Shown piece after piece: positions 26,108-35,600 of a stretch of DNA of 64,000 nt. How positions within the stretch are numbered: position 1 is the first letter of the stretch; each line of letters starts with the position of its first letter. The stretch is taken from positions 1 to 64,000 of the IMG/VR virus record IMGVR_UViG_3300042691_037870. The stretch is one strand, 5' to 3'. The position numbers and the translations under genes were made by a program. Under the pieces are notes generated by a model. The model made no database searches, was not told the origin of the DNA, and saw only the letters and a program-made list of their open reading frames with translations. The stretch is from a virus.

Positions 26108-26428
26108 TTATTTATTCATTAAGGTTTCATTAGTTTCAGCATTTTTTGCTAAATTTTCTCCGCCCTCTTCATTAATTTTGTTTAAAACAAGAGTTGCTGC
26201 TTCTTTACGAATTTCCAAAGAATCTTTACCTGTTCTTTGAGTAGCGCTTTCATATACTTGTTGTTCAATAGATTTTAAAGATTCCATCTTTTCAAGCAAG
26301 GTTTTCATTTCATCTTCCATCTTTGTCATTTCAATTGATAGAAATGCTGCTCTTTCATAAATTGCTCGGTAGTCATTAATTACTGTATGTAATTGATTTT
26401 CTTCTTCTGTGGTAAATATCGTACTCAT
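26108..26428 (-). CDS. Coiled-coil hypothetical protein
   Basis: Heptad-rich 106-aa ORF. Confidence 0.6.
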   Translation of the reverse strand: MSTIFTTEEENQLHTVINDYRAIYERAAFLSIEMTKMEDEMKTLLEKMESLKSIEQQVYESATQRTGKDSLEIRKEAATLVLNKINEEGGENLAKNAETNETLMNK

Positions 26429-26504
26429 TATGTTTAAAATTGTTACTTGTCTAAGACTTTTTTATCTTATAAAGATATTGCCATATTAATATACATACAA
26501 GACT

Positions 26505-27140
26505 TTATAGTTCTTTATGATGTTCTGTGGTTTTCATAACCCACCAGCTATCAACGATATCATCTATAGGTTTTAACCAGGCTCCGCGTTTTGTTTGAAA
26601 TAGTTCTGGTTGGGTTTTCATTGCTTTGTGAAACCCTGTTGCTTGTAATTGTGGATCTTCACAATCAATAAAAGCTTGTATCATTTCCTCTTTCTTAAAG
26701 TTACCTTTACCTGCTGTTGCTTTAACAGTCATTGGTGAAAAAACCCAAAAACTATCTGAAGACATGCCAAGTTTAAGTAATTCCCAACGAAGTACCCATT
26801 GATAACCACTTAACTGCGCAAGGCGATTACCTGTAGAAGCAAATGAAAATCCTTCAATTCCATAAGCTATTAAAGGTAAATCAGAAAAGTACTTAATAAT
26901 ACTTGGAATTTGTTGATTTGCATCAAGCAATGAGGATCTTTCCCTATCTGTAATACTTGCTTTTTTAGGTAGTGTAGGCTCATCAGGTATAAGTTCTACA
27001 ATAACGCCTGCTGCCTTTAAAGCTAATTCTGTATCTCCTTTTACAACTGACTTACGGGCAAAAGTATAAAAAGTATATGTATCGCCGGATTTTAAAGTAG
27101 CGGCCGGTGACTTAATCGAATAGTCGATTCCTAATATCAT
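26505..27140 (-). CDS. RuvC-like Holliday junction resolvase
   Basis: ILGIDYSIKSPA, IEGFSF, PMTVKATAGKGN..KEEM, DDIVDSWW. Confidence 0.82.
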   Translation of the reverse strand: MILGIDYSIKSPAATLKSGDTYTFYTFARKSVVKGDTELALKAAGVIVELIPDEPTLPKKASITDRERSSLLDANQQIPSIIKYFSDLPLIAYGIEGFSFASTGNRLAQLSGYQWVLRWELLKLGMSSDSFWVFSPMTVKATAGKGNFKKEEMIQAFIDCEDPQLQATGFHKAMKTQPELFQTKRGAWLKPIDDIVDSWWVMKTTEHHKEL

Positions 27141-27143
27141 AAA

Positions 27144-27464
27144 TTAAAGATTTTTCTGAATAGCAGAGCCAAGTGCGGCTGATACTAATCGAGAGGTTAA
27201 CATATCGTAAAGAATTCCTTTTTCAACACCTAAAGCACGAGCAATAACTTTTCCTACAGATGGTCCTATTAAAAAACCTGCAATACCACCAAGAAGACCT
27301 TCTTCTATTTTTGCTTCCACAAGTTCAATACCTCCTTCTTCATAAGCTTCATTTAACTTATGATAAATTTCTACTGATTTGTGTAATTCTGCTTCTGTAA
27401 GATAAGATACATCAATACCTTCAAAAACTGAAGTGTCACTAAGTATTTCGTTAAAGGTTTTCAT
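27144..27464 (-). CDS. Protein with leader-like N-terminus and glycine-zipper hydrophobic helix
   Basis: MKTFNEIL...LTE...LNE...IEE then GLLGGIAGFLIGPSVGKVIARALG. Confidence 0.6.
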   Translation of the reverse strand: MKTFNEILSDTSVFEGIDVSYLTEAELHKSVEIYHKLNEAYEEGGIELVEAKIEEGLLGGIAGFLIGPSVGKVIARALGVEKGILYDMLTSRLVSAALGSAIQKNL

Positions 27465-27980
27465 TTACTTATTTTGTTTATATTTATTCACAATCTGTAA
27501 AGCAGAATCTATTGCTTTTTTCTGTTGCTGCTCAACATCGTTTTTAATTATTCTTTTCTTCTTAGTGACCTTTTTTACAGGTTGTGGCTCTTCAACAGGT
27601 GGCGGTGACATTGCAACCGTTGAATCAACACGTGTTTCAGAAACTACATCACTGTATCTTGGGTTATAAACAAATTCATCAGTTTTCTCTTTACGAGTTT
27701 CGTAAACAGTTGGTGTCTTGCATTTGTTTGCGTCTTCAAGAAGTTTTGCAATTTTTAAAATGTCTTCTTGTTTTTGATTGTTATCAGTTATTAATTCATT
27801 GTTAATTTTCATAAGTCTTGTATGATTATTAACAAGTGTTTCATATTGATCTGATAAACCTCTACAATCATCAGTTGCTAAGTATGACGTTAAAAATGAT
27901 GTGACAGTTGTTAATACTGTTGCAACCAAGAATGCGTAAAACTTCTGAGTTGGATTAAGGTTCTTAATTACTTCCCACAT
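27465..27980 (-). CDS. Membrane-anchored coiled-coil protein
   Basis: FYAFLVATVLTTVTSFLTSYL TM segment then coiled coil and Pro/Lys-rich tail. Confidence 0.6.
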   Translation of the reverse strand: MWEVIKNLNPTQKFYAFLVATVLTTVTSFLTSYLATDDCRGLSDQYETLVNNHTRLMKINNELITDNNQKQEDILKIAKLLEDANKCKTPTVYETRKEKTDEFVYNPRYSDVVSETRVDSTVAMSPPPVEEPQPVKKVTKKKRIIKNDVEQQQKKAIDSALQIVNKYKQNK

Positions 27981-27982
27981 TG

Positions 27983-28528
27983 CTACTGTAATCTTTTTTG
28001 AACCTTAAAGTAGTTATACTTAAAGGTTACTGTAAATGTTCTAAATTCAGCCGTGTTTGATGAATAGTTAAGCTCAAGTTCAGAAATAGAAGTCATTAAT
28101 ATTTGATGAAAGTTTAATGTAATAAACTCAAATCCTGTTTGGTCAAGAAAGGATATATTTACATCAGGCAAAAATTCTTCTTTGTTGTCTAAATCATAAA
28201 AAGCACGAAAAAGATCAAACATCACCCAATAATTTATGTACCCTTCATATGTCTTAAACGTAATTGTAAAAGTTCTATCAAGATAAGTTTCAAATCTTTT
28301 ACCACCTTTGAAAGATACGGGATCTTCATAAAGAGTTTGTTCAACCGGTTCTACACTTAACTGCGGAAATGTAATTGCTTGAATTGATGCAGTTACATAA
28401 TCATGTAAGTTTTCATACGGTATAGGTAATCTTTTAAGATAAGTTTCATAACGCTTAGTAATATCAGGATAGATAAATCCACGATTTAGCGTAACGATAA
28501 AGTTGTTATTTTTTGAATTTAGTATGAT
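27983..28528 (-). CDS. Tail tube-fold protein (T4 gp3/gp54-like), probable non-canonical start
   Basis: Frame is open from the TAA at 28541-28543 to 27983: ILNSKNNNFIVTL...ASIQAITFP...FTITFKTYEGYINYW...ISELELNYSSNTAEFRTFTVTFKYNYF; no ATG/GTG/TTG upstream of 28225. Confidence 0.6.
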   Translation of the reverse strand: MILNSKNNNFIVTLNRGFIYPDITKRYETYLKRLPIPYENLHDYVTASIQAITFPQLSVEPVEQTLYEDPVSFKGGKRFETYLDRTFTITFKTYEGYINYWVMFDLFRAFYDLDNKEEFLPDVNISFLDQTGFEFITLNFHQILMTSISELELNYSSNTAEFRTFTVTFKYNYFKVQKRLQ

Positions 28529-28608
28529 AAGGCGTTCTGTTTATTTTTGGTTACTAATGTTTTAATAGATCTTAGCGTATTTTTAATTTTATGATTTAAG
28601 ATCATGTA

Positions 28609-30801
28609 TTAGATTGATTGGTTATTTGCAATATCTTTTATATCTCCCTCTGATAGTCTTTGATAAAGTTCTCCACTTGATTTAGGTTTTGATGGACGAA
28701 TAACTTTTGGTATTACTGATAATGTAATAGGTGCTCCTAAAGAAGGCGTAACTCCAGGTACTTCAGGAATGTTTAAATTTACTGTTGGAGTTTCTTTTGT
28801 GGATTCTGCCGCGGCTTGTTTAATTGCATTATCAATACCTTTAACAGTATTTGTTACAAATGTTGTTGATTCATCAATTACTTGTGTTGCTGTTTGTTGA
28901 TTTTGAGAAACTACTGCGTTTGCTGGACTACTTTGTGATGCCGCTGCTACTGCATTGGCAACAGTTGTACTCGCAACAGTTTTAACAGTTGGTTTTGTTA
29001 GCTGTTCTTGTGCTTTTTGTAACTTAGCAATTTGTGCATTAAGATCACTAATTAAAGTCTGATTAATTTTTGCCATCATTTCAACTTTCTTATCTTGAGA
29101 ATCAAACTTACCAGCATAAATTAAAACTTCATCACCTTTGTCATTTTTATTTACAATGTAATAGTCACGTGTTACTCCTTTAAGTAATTTTAAACTTAAA
29201 GTATCATCAATTCTAAAAAGTAATTCACCAGCACCTGGATTCGCTGCACCCATATCTTGTACTGGGTCAAGATAGATTTTAGTATCGTCATCAAGAATAA
29301 AAGCCAGCTTTGCATTCATTCCAGTTGAAGCAAAGTCAAGTGTAACGTTTTGTTTTCTGTCAGCAGACTTAGAAAAAACTTTAAACTTAACATAATTATC
29401 AAACTTATTAATAAATATGTAGTTTAAACCTTGTGGGTAGACAGTTTGCCCAATTACATCTCCAATGTTAGTAGTACTATCAACTGAAATGTTATTTACA
29501 TCAAAATAATTATTGACATAAATGTTTTGTGTAATTATCTTAGGAGTTCCAAATCCATAAGCGCCTTCATTATCAGCTATACTGTTTGTGAGTGCATTAC
29601 TTTGAATTTTTTCAATTTTGTTATACACTTTAACTGGGCGGAAACCTTCAAGTACGTTAATCTTTTCTAATGAAAGACCATATTTCTTAGGTTCGGTTGA
29701 TGTAAATGTTGACTTACGAATAATTTCTTGGTTATCAACTTTATTCATCAAGCGCATAATGTACTCAACAGTAAATGAATACACAAAAGCAGCGTTTCGT
29801 ATTACTGGACGAAATATTCCAGGTTCATTAAAGTTATCATCTTGTAACAAAGTATTACTTGATGTTCTTAACATATTGGTACCTGCTTGTTCGTAAACAT
29901 TTAGTTGATTAATTACAATCCAATCACCACCTGGAGCAGCATTAAGTTCTGCAATATAATCTTCTAAAAAACCACCGTTAAATGTTGGGTAATATTCTAT
30001 GTAATCATTTTCAGCATTCTCTTTAACTACACAACCTAAATAAGAATAGATATCAGCTGCATTAAATGATGAACGATATACGTTACCTGTTGTAAAGTAA
30101 CGATTATCATTTGTAGTTGAAGTAGAGTTAATTTCATAGATATTAGTATAGATCTGTGAGTTTTTGTTAAAGCCTACATTATCAAAAGTATACTGATATC
30201 CTAATGTATTACTTGCTGATGGCGAATTCCAAAAATCGTTATTTGCTTCGGCAAGTGAAGGTACTTTAAATTCTACGTAACGATCATAAAAACGATCACC
30301 TAAAAATAAAGGACTTGTGTTAAAGTTAATTGTCTGTTCACTCTTTAAGTAAACTTGTGCACCTGCTGTAAATCTTTTTCCACCTGTACCACGAGCTGTC
30401 CACTCTTCCCATTGTAATTCTATGATTATACCGTCAATTCCGGGAAAATCATATCCTGCAACAAAGTGAACTTTAACAGTATCATATTTTTGATTAACGA
30501 TTAAAAGAGACGTTAAATCGTTAAGTGTAAAATTAGAATCAATTTGTACAATTGGAGTAGTAGAATCAATATCTTGGTATGCCCAAGTAGTTGAATCAAT
30601 ACCTAATCTACTTGCACTACGGTCAAGAACGTTTCCTGTAATATTAACAGCAGTCGATGAATTAAGAAATTGATACTCGTCTGTATAGCCATTTTTAAGA
30701 CGCAAAGGTCTTGCCTTAGTTGTTGTAATAGTCTCACTGCTGTAAGTATATTCAACTAATGCGTAATTCGAAAGCTGTACATATGTAGATGTTCCTGGCA
30801 T
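28609..30801 (-). CDS. Virion structural protein (hypothetical)
   Basis: 730 aa, beta-rich, within the structural block. Confidence 0.55.
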   Translation of the reverse strand: MPGTSTYVQLSNYALVEYTYSSETITTTKARPLRLKNGYTDEYQFLNSSTAVNITGNVLDRSASRLGIDSTTWAYQDIDSTTPIVQIDSNFTLNDLTSLLIVNQKYDTVKVHFVAGYDFPGIDGIIIELQWEEWTARGTGGKRFTAGAQVYLKSEQTINFNTSPLFLGDRFYDRYVEFKVPSLAEANNDFWNSPSASNTLGYQYTFDNVGFNKNSQIYTNIYEINSTSTTNDNRYFTTGNVYRSSFNAADIYSYLGCVVKENAENDYIEYYPTFNGGFLEDYIAELNAAPGGDWIVINQLNVYEQAGTNMLRTSSNTLLQDDNFNEPGIFRPVIRNAAFVYSFTVEYIMRLMNKVDNQEIIRKSTFTSTEPKKYGLSLEKINVLEGFRPVKVYNKIEKIQSNALTNSIADNEGAYGFGTPKIITQNIYVNNYFDVNNISVDSTTNIGDVIGQTVYPQGLNYIFINKFDNYVKFKVFSKSADRKQNVTLDFASTGMNAKLAFILDDDTKIYLDPVQDMGAANPGAGELLFRIDDTLSLKLLKGVTRDYYIVNKNDKGDEVLIYAGKFDSQDKKVEMMAKINQTLISDLNAQIAKLQKAQEQLTKPTVKTVASTTVANAVAAASQSSPANAVVSQNQQTATQVIDESTTFVTNTVKGIDNAIKQAAAESTKETPTVNLNIPEVPGVTPSLGAPITLSVIPKVIRPSKPKSSGELYQRLSEGDIKDIANNQSI

Positions 30802-30817
30802 TCCTGTTTATGATTTT

Positions 30818-31594
30818 TTAGAATTTAATGAATCCATAGTTTATACCCAATCCAACTCCTACATATAAAGCAGGCTGTACTCCAGTAGGTGTAAAAGCAG
30901 CGCCTAGTCCACCGTTAAATGTTGGACCTATGCTCCATTTTTGTTTCTTTTGTGGTGGGAATAAATCTTTTTGTGGGATAAAAGCACCGTCTATTTTTGA
31001 AGGCTTAAATCCTGGATAGTTTGAACGAATAAAGATTTCGTAGTGATCGTCTTTCTTTTCAAGACCTGTAACAATATCAAAATTCATTTCATCTTGTTTA
31101 ACTTCATTCGTTGCATTTGTGATAGCACCTTTATTCATAGTAAATGAGGTAACTCCGTTTAATTTTCTAGAATTATTTGCATCAAATGTTTTATCAGAAT
31201 TCCAAGGTAGAGTGTAGTTTGCAATAGAATCACAAGGATTACCACTTTTACCTATAAGCCCAGTATCTATATTGGTAGGACCATCGTGTTGTGTTTGGAT
31301 TCCTGAAACAATTTTTGCAAGATAAGCAACTTTTCCTGATTGCGCTTTTACTTCTGCAGCAATTTCAGAGTTTAATTCTTTTAATCCTGCTTCACTACTT
31401 ATAAGAACACTTTTTTCAAATTGAACTTGTCCAAGATCATTTTTAGTTTCTTCAATTGTATCTTGAAGAGCTCGCATATTATTATCTTTCATAGCCAGAT
31501 CTGTTTTAAGATTTGATAATGAACATTGTTGTACGCAAAGAATCGCTATTAAAATAGCAATGAAAACTCCGATGTAAAAATGTTGTTTTTTCAT
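30818..31594 (-). CDS. TM-anchored coiled-coil protein with C-terminal amphipathic beta hairpin (spanin-like candidate)
   Basis: FYIGVFIAILIAILCV TM, coiled coil, C-terminus WSIGPTFNGGLG...LYVGVGLGINYGFIKF. Confidence 0.5.
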   Translation of the reverse strand: MKKQHFYIGVFIAILIAILCVQQCSLSNLKTDLAMKDNNMRALQDTIEETKNDLGQVQFEKSVLISSEAGLKELNSEIAAEVKAQSGKVAYLAKIVSGIQTQHDGPTNIDTGLIGKSGNPCDSIANYTLPWNSDKTFDANNSRKLNGVTSFTMNKGAITNATNEVKQDEMNFDIVTGLEKKDDHYEIFIRSNYPGFKPSKIDGAFIPQKDLFPPQKKQKWSIGPTFNGGLGAAFTPTGVQPALYVGVGLGINYGFIKF

Positions 31595-31606
31595 ATAACT
31601 TATTTT

Positions 31607-32671
31607 TTATATTACACTTGATGTAGCTGTTATTATGTAACGATAATTAGTGGTATCAATTGTGTGCCAATGAGGCGCGACTGTCTTAACGTAACCTTGA
31701 ACAATACTTCCAAGTGGATCTGTATCATTATACTGGCCGTTTGTAACAATGTTTATTGTGTAAGGTGGTATTCTTAATTGTTGTTCTAATCTTAAAAATA
31801 CACTGGACTCTCCTGAGCTTTCACCGCCATTTACAGCTGAAATAAAAGATCTAATTTGATCACCATTTTGTAATTCATTAGAACCACTACCAATTGGGAT
31901 AGAACCGCCGGTATTACCCAATGTGTTTATTGGATTCACCAAATATGTTGTTACTCCTCCTCTTCTACGTTGAATATAAAAAGATGGTAAGTTATTCACC
32001 CCTGTTAATCCTGCAGTCCAGTCTAATGCAGAAGGAGAAGGCTCATTACCTGTAACGGTGACAGTCATAGAATCTGTTCCTGTTTGACCAATTGAGTCTG
32101 TTACCAATAAGTTAAATGTATAAACTCCATTTGTTAAAAAATCACCTACATCTGGTGATATTTGAAACTCATCCGGAGTAAAATAAGTAGGTTCAGGATT
32201 AAGAGGGTCTGCGGACCATTGCCACACAGTAACTCCTGTTGCATTTGATGCGGTAGCACCACTTAAAGTTATTGTCGCTGGCGGACTAGTAATCGATTGA
32301 TCAGGACCAGCATAAACCACTAGAGATGTACTAGGTAAAGCAGTATAATTTAAATGATTGGACTCTCCTTCAACGCCTGAAGCATCTTTTACGTAAATCC
32401 AAACTTCAGCTGTTCCTGTAAACCCATTAGGATAAAAGATTCCTGTTAGTGATGCTTTATTTGTTCCTGGTATTGCACAAGGAACGTTACTGGAATTAAT
32501 GTAAGGAGTACCTGTTGCAGCAGTTGTACCAGTTGCAGAAATTAGCCCTGTTGCACCATTGCTTGCAGTATATCCTCCTGCCCATCTTGTACACAGGTCA
32601 TATGGTAGAATTCCACCACTTAATTCTGTTGATAGATTTGCTGAGCTATTACTTAAAATGTTAATTGACAT
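31607..32671 (-). CDS. Ig/PKD-like domain virion protein
   Basis: VYAGPDQSIT...ITLSG...WQWS...GVYTFNLLVTDS.G.TGTDSMTVTV PKD-type domain. Confidence 0.7.
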   Translation of the reverse strand: MSINILSNSSANLSTELSGGILPYDLCTRWAGGYTASNGATGLISATGTTAATGTPYINSSNVPCAIPGTNKASLTGIFYPNGFTGTAEVWIYVKDASGVEGESNHLNYTALPSTSLVVYAGPDQSITSPPATITLSGATASNATGVTVWQWSADPLNPEPTYFTPDEFQISPDVGDFLTNGVYTFNLLVTDSIGQTGTDSMTVTVTGNEPSPSALDWTAGLTGVNNLPSFYIQRRRGGVTTYLVNPINTLGNTGGSIPIGSGSNELQNGDQIRSFISAVNGGESSGESSVFLRLEQQLRIPPYTINIVTNGQYNDTDPLGSIVQGYVKTVAPHWHTIDTTNYRYIITATSSVI

Positions 32672-32685
32672 CTTATTTTTTATTT

Positions 32686-35600
32686 TTATGATATTTCACT
32701 TTCAAGAATAACTTCTGGTCCATTTAAGGCTGTATTAGTTGAATCAGAGTATCTTACGATTGCTTGTCCATTTACTGTTAAATATTTATACGGATGAGCA
32801 GGATCCGTATTACCTAAAGAACTAAAGTTATAATTAGCAAACGGAGTATCTATATGTAAAATAGGCTTATCAAACATAATCTCTAATGTAAATGAAGCAT
32901 TCTTTAAATTTGTAGGTTCAGCAAGATCAGCTCCAGTACCGTAATGATTACCTAATCGTGGAACTACTCTCCATGTACAGTTTCTTACTCGAGAAAGATA
33001 ATCGTTTCCTAAGATAGAATAAGCTTTACCCATAAAACTACCAAATACATATGATTTTGATCCATCAAAATTAGATGGCGCATCCCAAATTAACATCTTG
33101 GCAATATTTGCATTAAAGAATTGATTTGCAAAGAAAGGAGTAAGATATCCGTTAGGTTGCACAAGAGTTTGATTAGATACTATTTTATTAAATATTTCCC
33201 CATTATTAAGATTACCCATGTTCGAGTTTACAGAAGAACTCATAGTAGCATCATAGAAATTACCACTCCATACAAGATTTTGCGTATGTGCAGGGTCATA
33301 TACATGATTCATTGTATAATTAGGGCCACCTGTATTGCTTAAAGAATCTCCAGGATAAATTGCTGGTGTAGTTGTAGGGAAAACTGTTTCAGGGTCGCTT
33401 GTGATAGCGGTACCTGGGTACCACTGATTAAATGAAGACCAATTCATCAATGATAATGAATTACCAAATAGTCTCATAAAATAATCATAATTATCTGCTG
33501 TGTATAATGAAGGAAGATATGATAATCTTATGTATTGTGTCCATCTTGGAGACCCCCAGTCAATTAATTGTGTTTCTCCACAATCATCATATGAAAAACC
33601 AGCGCTTAAATCAGGATTCTTAACCTCAATCGTCATGTTGAAGTCAATTAGCGCAAACTCTGAGTTAATACGCTTAAATCTAAATTGTGATGCTCTATTT
33701 TCTATTTCACCGTTGCTATTCCATCCGTTATCAAAATTAGTTGTTGGGTTATAGATTGAATAATATTTGTCAACATTACGTAAAAGTGCAAGACCGGTTG
33801 CACCAGATGCAACTCCTCTATATGGGCCGGTATTTGATGTAGTATAAAATAAATTACCAGAACTTAATTCGTATGCTATTAAAGTTATCTCTGTAAAAGT
33901 CATAGGACTAAACCCATCAGTTCTGATTATTCTATAATACCAATTTCCTGAAACAGGATTATCTACCCAATGTAGATAAAAATTGGCTTGATCATGCGAC
34001 CCTGTATCCGCCCCAAATATAGGTCCTATATTGGTCCAAGTAGTCCCATCAGGGGATCTTTGGAATTGCATAAGATAATAATTTTCGTTACCATTAGTAG
34101 TTCCTTCAGCTGTTAATTGTATAGGCTTTCCTGTTGCAGAAATAACAATTGGTGTGGAGCCAGCTGTACTTGAAAGAGCTTGCGTAAATGGACCAAGTTG
34201 GGTATAATTAGGTCCTGTTAAACCTGCATTTTGAAAAGAAAATCCATAATTATATTGTGTAGTTGGACCGCCTGTTACACCTAATGGCTGTCCAAATAAA
34301 TTAACTTTTCTACCGTATTGAGAAGGCGTAAAGGCATTTCCTCCAGTATTACCAGTAATTCCATATTTTGGTACTCCCATTAAAGTATTATAATACTTAA
34401 CGTGTAGAGGATAATCGTTATCAAATTTACCACTTGCATTTGTGGCAGTTGAACTAATATACTCATTACCAGCTGTTGTTCCTGTATAACTCGGTACAAA
34501 TTCAAGAGCTACTACTTCTTCAACATAGAATCTGCTTGTTGCGATTGTGTTTGTGTCAAATCCAGAATCCTTTTCCTTTTCTCCGTAATGATCTGTCCAT
34601 ACCATAAATGTACCACCAGAATTATCCGCTTTAGGAATCCAATATTCACGCAATGATGATTCATTTTGTGCAGATGCAATAACCGTGTTTACTTTACGAT
34701 AAGCATCAGTACCACTCACAGGACGATTCTGACCTATTGTTTCTGTTGTGTTAATTGCACGAGAACCTGGTATAACTGTGTTATCAGCTTCAAGGAATGA
34801 AAGAATAAGTTTTGGTGATTCTTGTCTTGCTTCTTTAATTTGATCTCTAACCCATTGTTGCTCGGTAGAAACGTTCATACCTTCACCAAGAACAAAGTTA
34901 TTTAATCTTAAGTTTGCATATTGTTTTTGAGTTTGTACAAAACTTTCATTTGTGATATCCCAATAACCTTGTGTATTGTATTCATTGATTACCCAATTAG
35001 AATCAATATCATAATTCCAAAGTTCAGCTGCACAAGCACCTTGTGTTGCTGTAAATCCAACTTGAGCCCAAGGAGTTCCACTACCAGCATTAAATTCGGT
35101 TGGGTGAGGTAAGACAAAGTTATAAAAATAAGGTTTAAAGTCTACCAATGCACCACTACTTGTTGCATTTTGTAACTTGATTTTGATGATTCTACCTTCA
35201 AAGTCAGTATCTAGTGACATTGTAAAAATATTGCCACCTGCTGTTGTATATGCTGCCCAATCTAAGAATAAGTAATTGCGAATACTGCTACCTGTAATTG
35301 TTAAAGTCTGTAAAGGTGGATAACCGTATCCAGCTTTTAGGGTTGATCTTGAGTTACTTCCATATACTTTACCAGCACCAACTTCAAGTCTTATATAATC
35401 ACCCATTGAAGTAGCACGATTAATTTCAGCAGCAGGACTACTTGAAATTGTTTCAGCATATGTAGCACTTAATCCTTCATAGCTGATTAATCCATAAGGT
35501 TTATTTTGGTTAGAACCCGTACCCATTGTTGCTGTACCAGAAGAATATGGATTAGGATATGGGAATAATTGTCTTGCATCACCTTCTGCGGAGGTTCTTA

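Noticed and set aside
28280-28310. Possible frameshift in the tail-tube-fold gene
   Set aside because: Re-reading shows GGT AAA AGA TTT GAA ACT is continuous in frame; the issue is the start codon only.
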